From Candidatus Shapirobacteria bacterium (GTDB lineage: Bacteria; Patescibacteriota; Microgenomatia; UBA12405), in the NCBI GenBank assembly GCA_003250375.1, contig QKGR01000053.1:1-37669 (forward strand): 37,669 bases of DNA, written 5' to 3'. The notes beneath the pieces were generated by a model. It was not told the DNA's origin and did no database searches. It was given only the letters and a program-made list of their open reading frames with translations. Shown here piece by piece: positions 37,187-37,669 of the stretch (positions are counted from its first letter, which is position 1; every line of letters starts with the position of its first letter). Both the position numbers and the translations under genes were made by a program.

Positions 37187-37246
37187 GTCAGTTAATCAGT
37201 TAATCAGTTAATCAGTTGATCAGTTGATCAGTTGATCAGTTGATCA
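37183..37246 (+). repeat. 8-bp tandem repeat
   Basis: GTGAGTCA + (GTTAATCA)x3 + (GTTGATCA)x4 between convergent genes. Confidence 0.92.
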
Positions 37247-37269
37247 GAAAAAGATTGGCACGAAAATGA

Positions 37270-37669
37270 TTAAGGATTTGCGACAAGATTCTTGATGGGT
37301 GAGTAGGAATAACGATGGACAGGGCAGTGACCGTGAGATTTGAGTCCTTGTTGATGTTTGGGAGTGCCATAGCCTTTGTTGTTTTTGAAATCGTAGTGAG
37401 GGTAAATTTTATCTAATTGATCCATAAATAAATCACGATCGACTTTAGCAACAATGGAGGCGGCAGCGACTGAAAAACAAGTGGCATCGGCATCGATGAG
37501 AGAAGACAAAATCTCCCCCTGCCCCCTCTTTGAAGAAAGAGGGGGTGTAATTTTTTTGATATCCAGATTGCCGTCGAGGAGACAAAAATCAAATTGAGAG
37601 GAAAAATGAACAAGAGCTTGGGAGATTAAATTTTCGATGGCGGTGGCAATTCCCTGCTGGTCGATGATT
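37270..37669 (-). CDS. rnhB: Ribonuclease HII, C-terminal part (5' end beyond window)
   Basis: Frame is open to the window edge: IIDQQGI...CLLDGN...DADATCFSVAAASIVAKVDRD...NNKGYGTPKH...HRYSY. Confidence 0.93.
   Translation of the reverse strand, partial: IIDQQGIATAIENLISQALVHFSSQFDFCLLDGNLDIKKITPPLSSKRGQGEILSSLIDADATCFSVAAASIVAKVDRDLFMDQLDKIYPHYDFKNNKGYGTPKHQQGLKSHGHCPVHRYSYSPIKNLVANP
37511..37548. repeat. Palindromic element inside the rnhB coding sequence
   Basis: ATCTCCCCCTG-CCCCCTCTTT-gaag-AAAGAGGGGG-TGT, a perfect 10-bp stem. Encodes TPPLSSKRGQGEI on the minus strand. Confidence 0.7.

Noticed and set aside
37183-37246. Possible CRISPR array
   Set aside because: The 8-bp units have no spacers, and there are no cas genes.
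37413-37613. Apparent frameshift or pseudogene of rnhB suggested by two short ORFs
   Set aside because: Manual translation shows one continuous frame from the window edge through LLDGN to the stop at 37270. The 66-aa ORF is an alternative frame.
1-37669. Alternative genetic code (TGA=Gly, as in Gracilibacteria/Absconditabacteria)
   Set aside because: Conserved genes are full length in code 11, and TGA ends genes at natural C-termini (961, 33694, 34869, 37186).

Overview
This is a gene-dense chromosomal window from a bacterium using the standard genetic code. Gene content (CxxC-x17-CxxC protein, DUF2207, YibE/F, many short membrane proteins), scarce Shine-Dalgarno sites and an extreme plus-strand purine bias suggest a CPR/Patescibacteria (Microgenomates-like) genome; this is an inference. 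In order it holds: the 3' end of an ECF sigma with a probable anti-sigma; a DUF4405-like cytochrome and a membrane-anchored ferredoxin; PspC/LiaF-like genes; CIRCE-controlled clpB; tRNA-Arg(CCG) and tRNA-Ser(GGA); an accessory stretch after tRNA-Ser (orphans, nucleotidyltransferase, HIT, a PaxB/Pyr4-like membrane terpene cyclase, two Nudix, MFS, CPBP); a MacAB-like operon; phosphatases, an ABC exporter and an ABC-F; a CsoR/CstR-family regulator, trxA and queH; a cytochrome b5 plus NOX-like flavocytochrome; a GGDEF protein, bcp, HAD, DUF2207, a RecD/Dda-like helicase, a bactofilin-like protein, YibE/F and the 3' part of rnhB. Highlights are the orphan terpene-cyclase homologue among nucleotide/diphosphate hydrolases, two heme/Fe-S transmembrane redox modules, a shared ECF promoter motif at two loci, pervasive leaderless promoter architecture, and a palindromic element sitting in frame inside rnhB. 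No CRISPR, rRNA, integrase or transposase was found. Family calls come from motif recognition by eye, not database searches.
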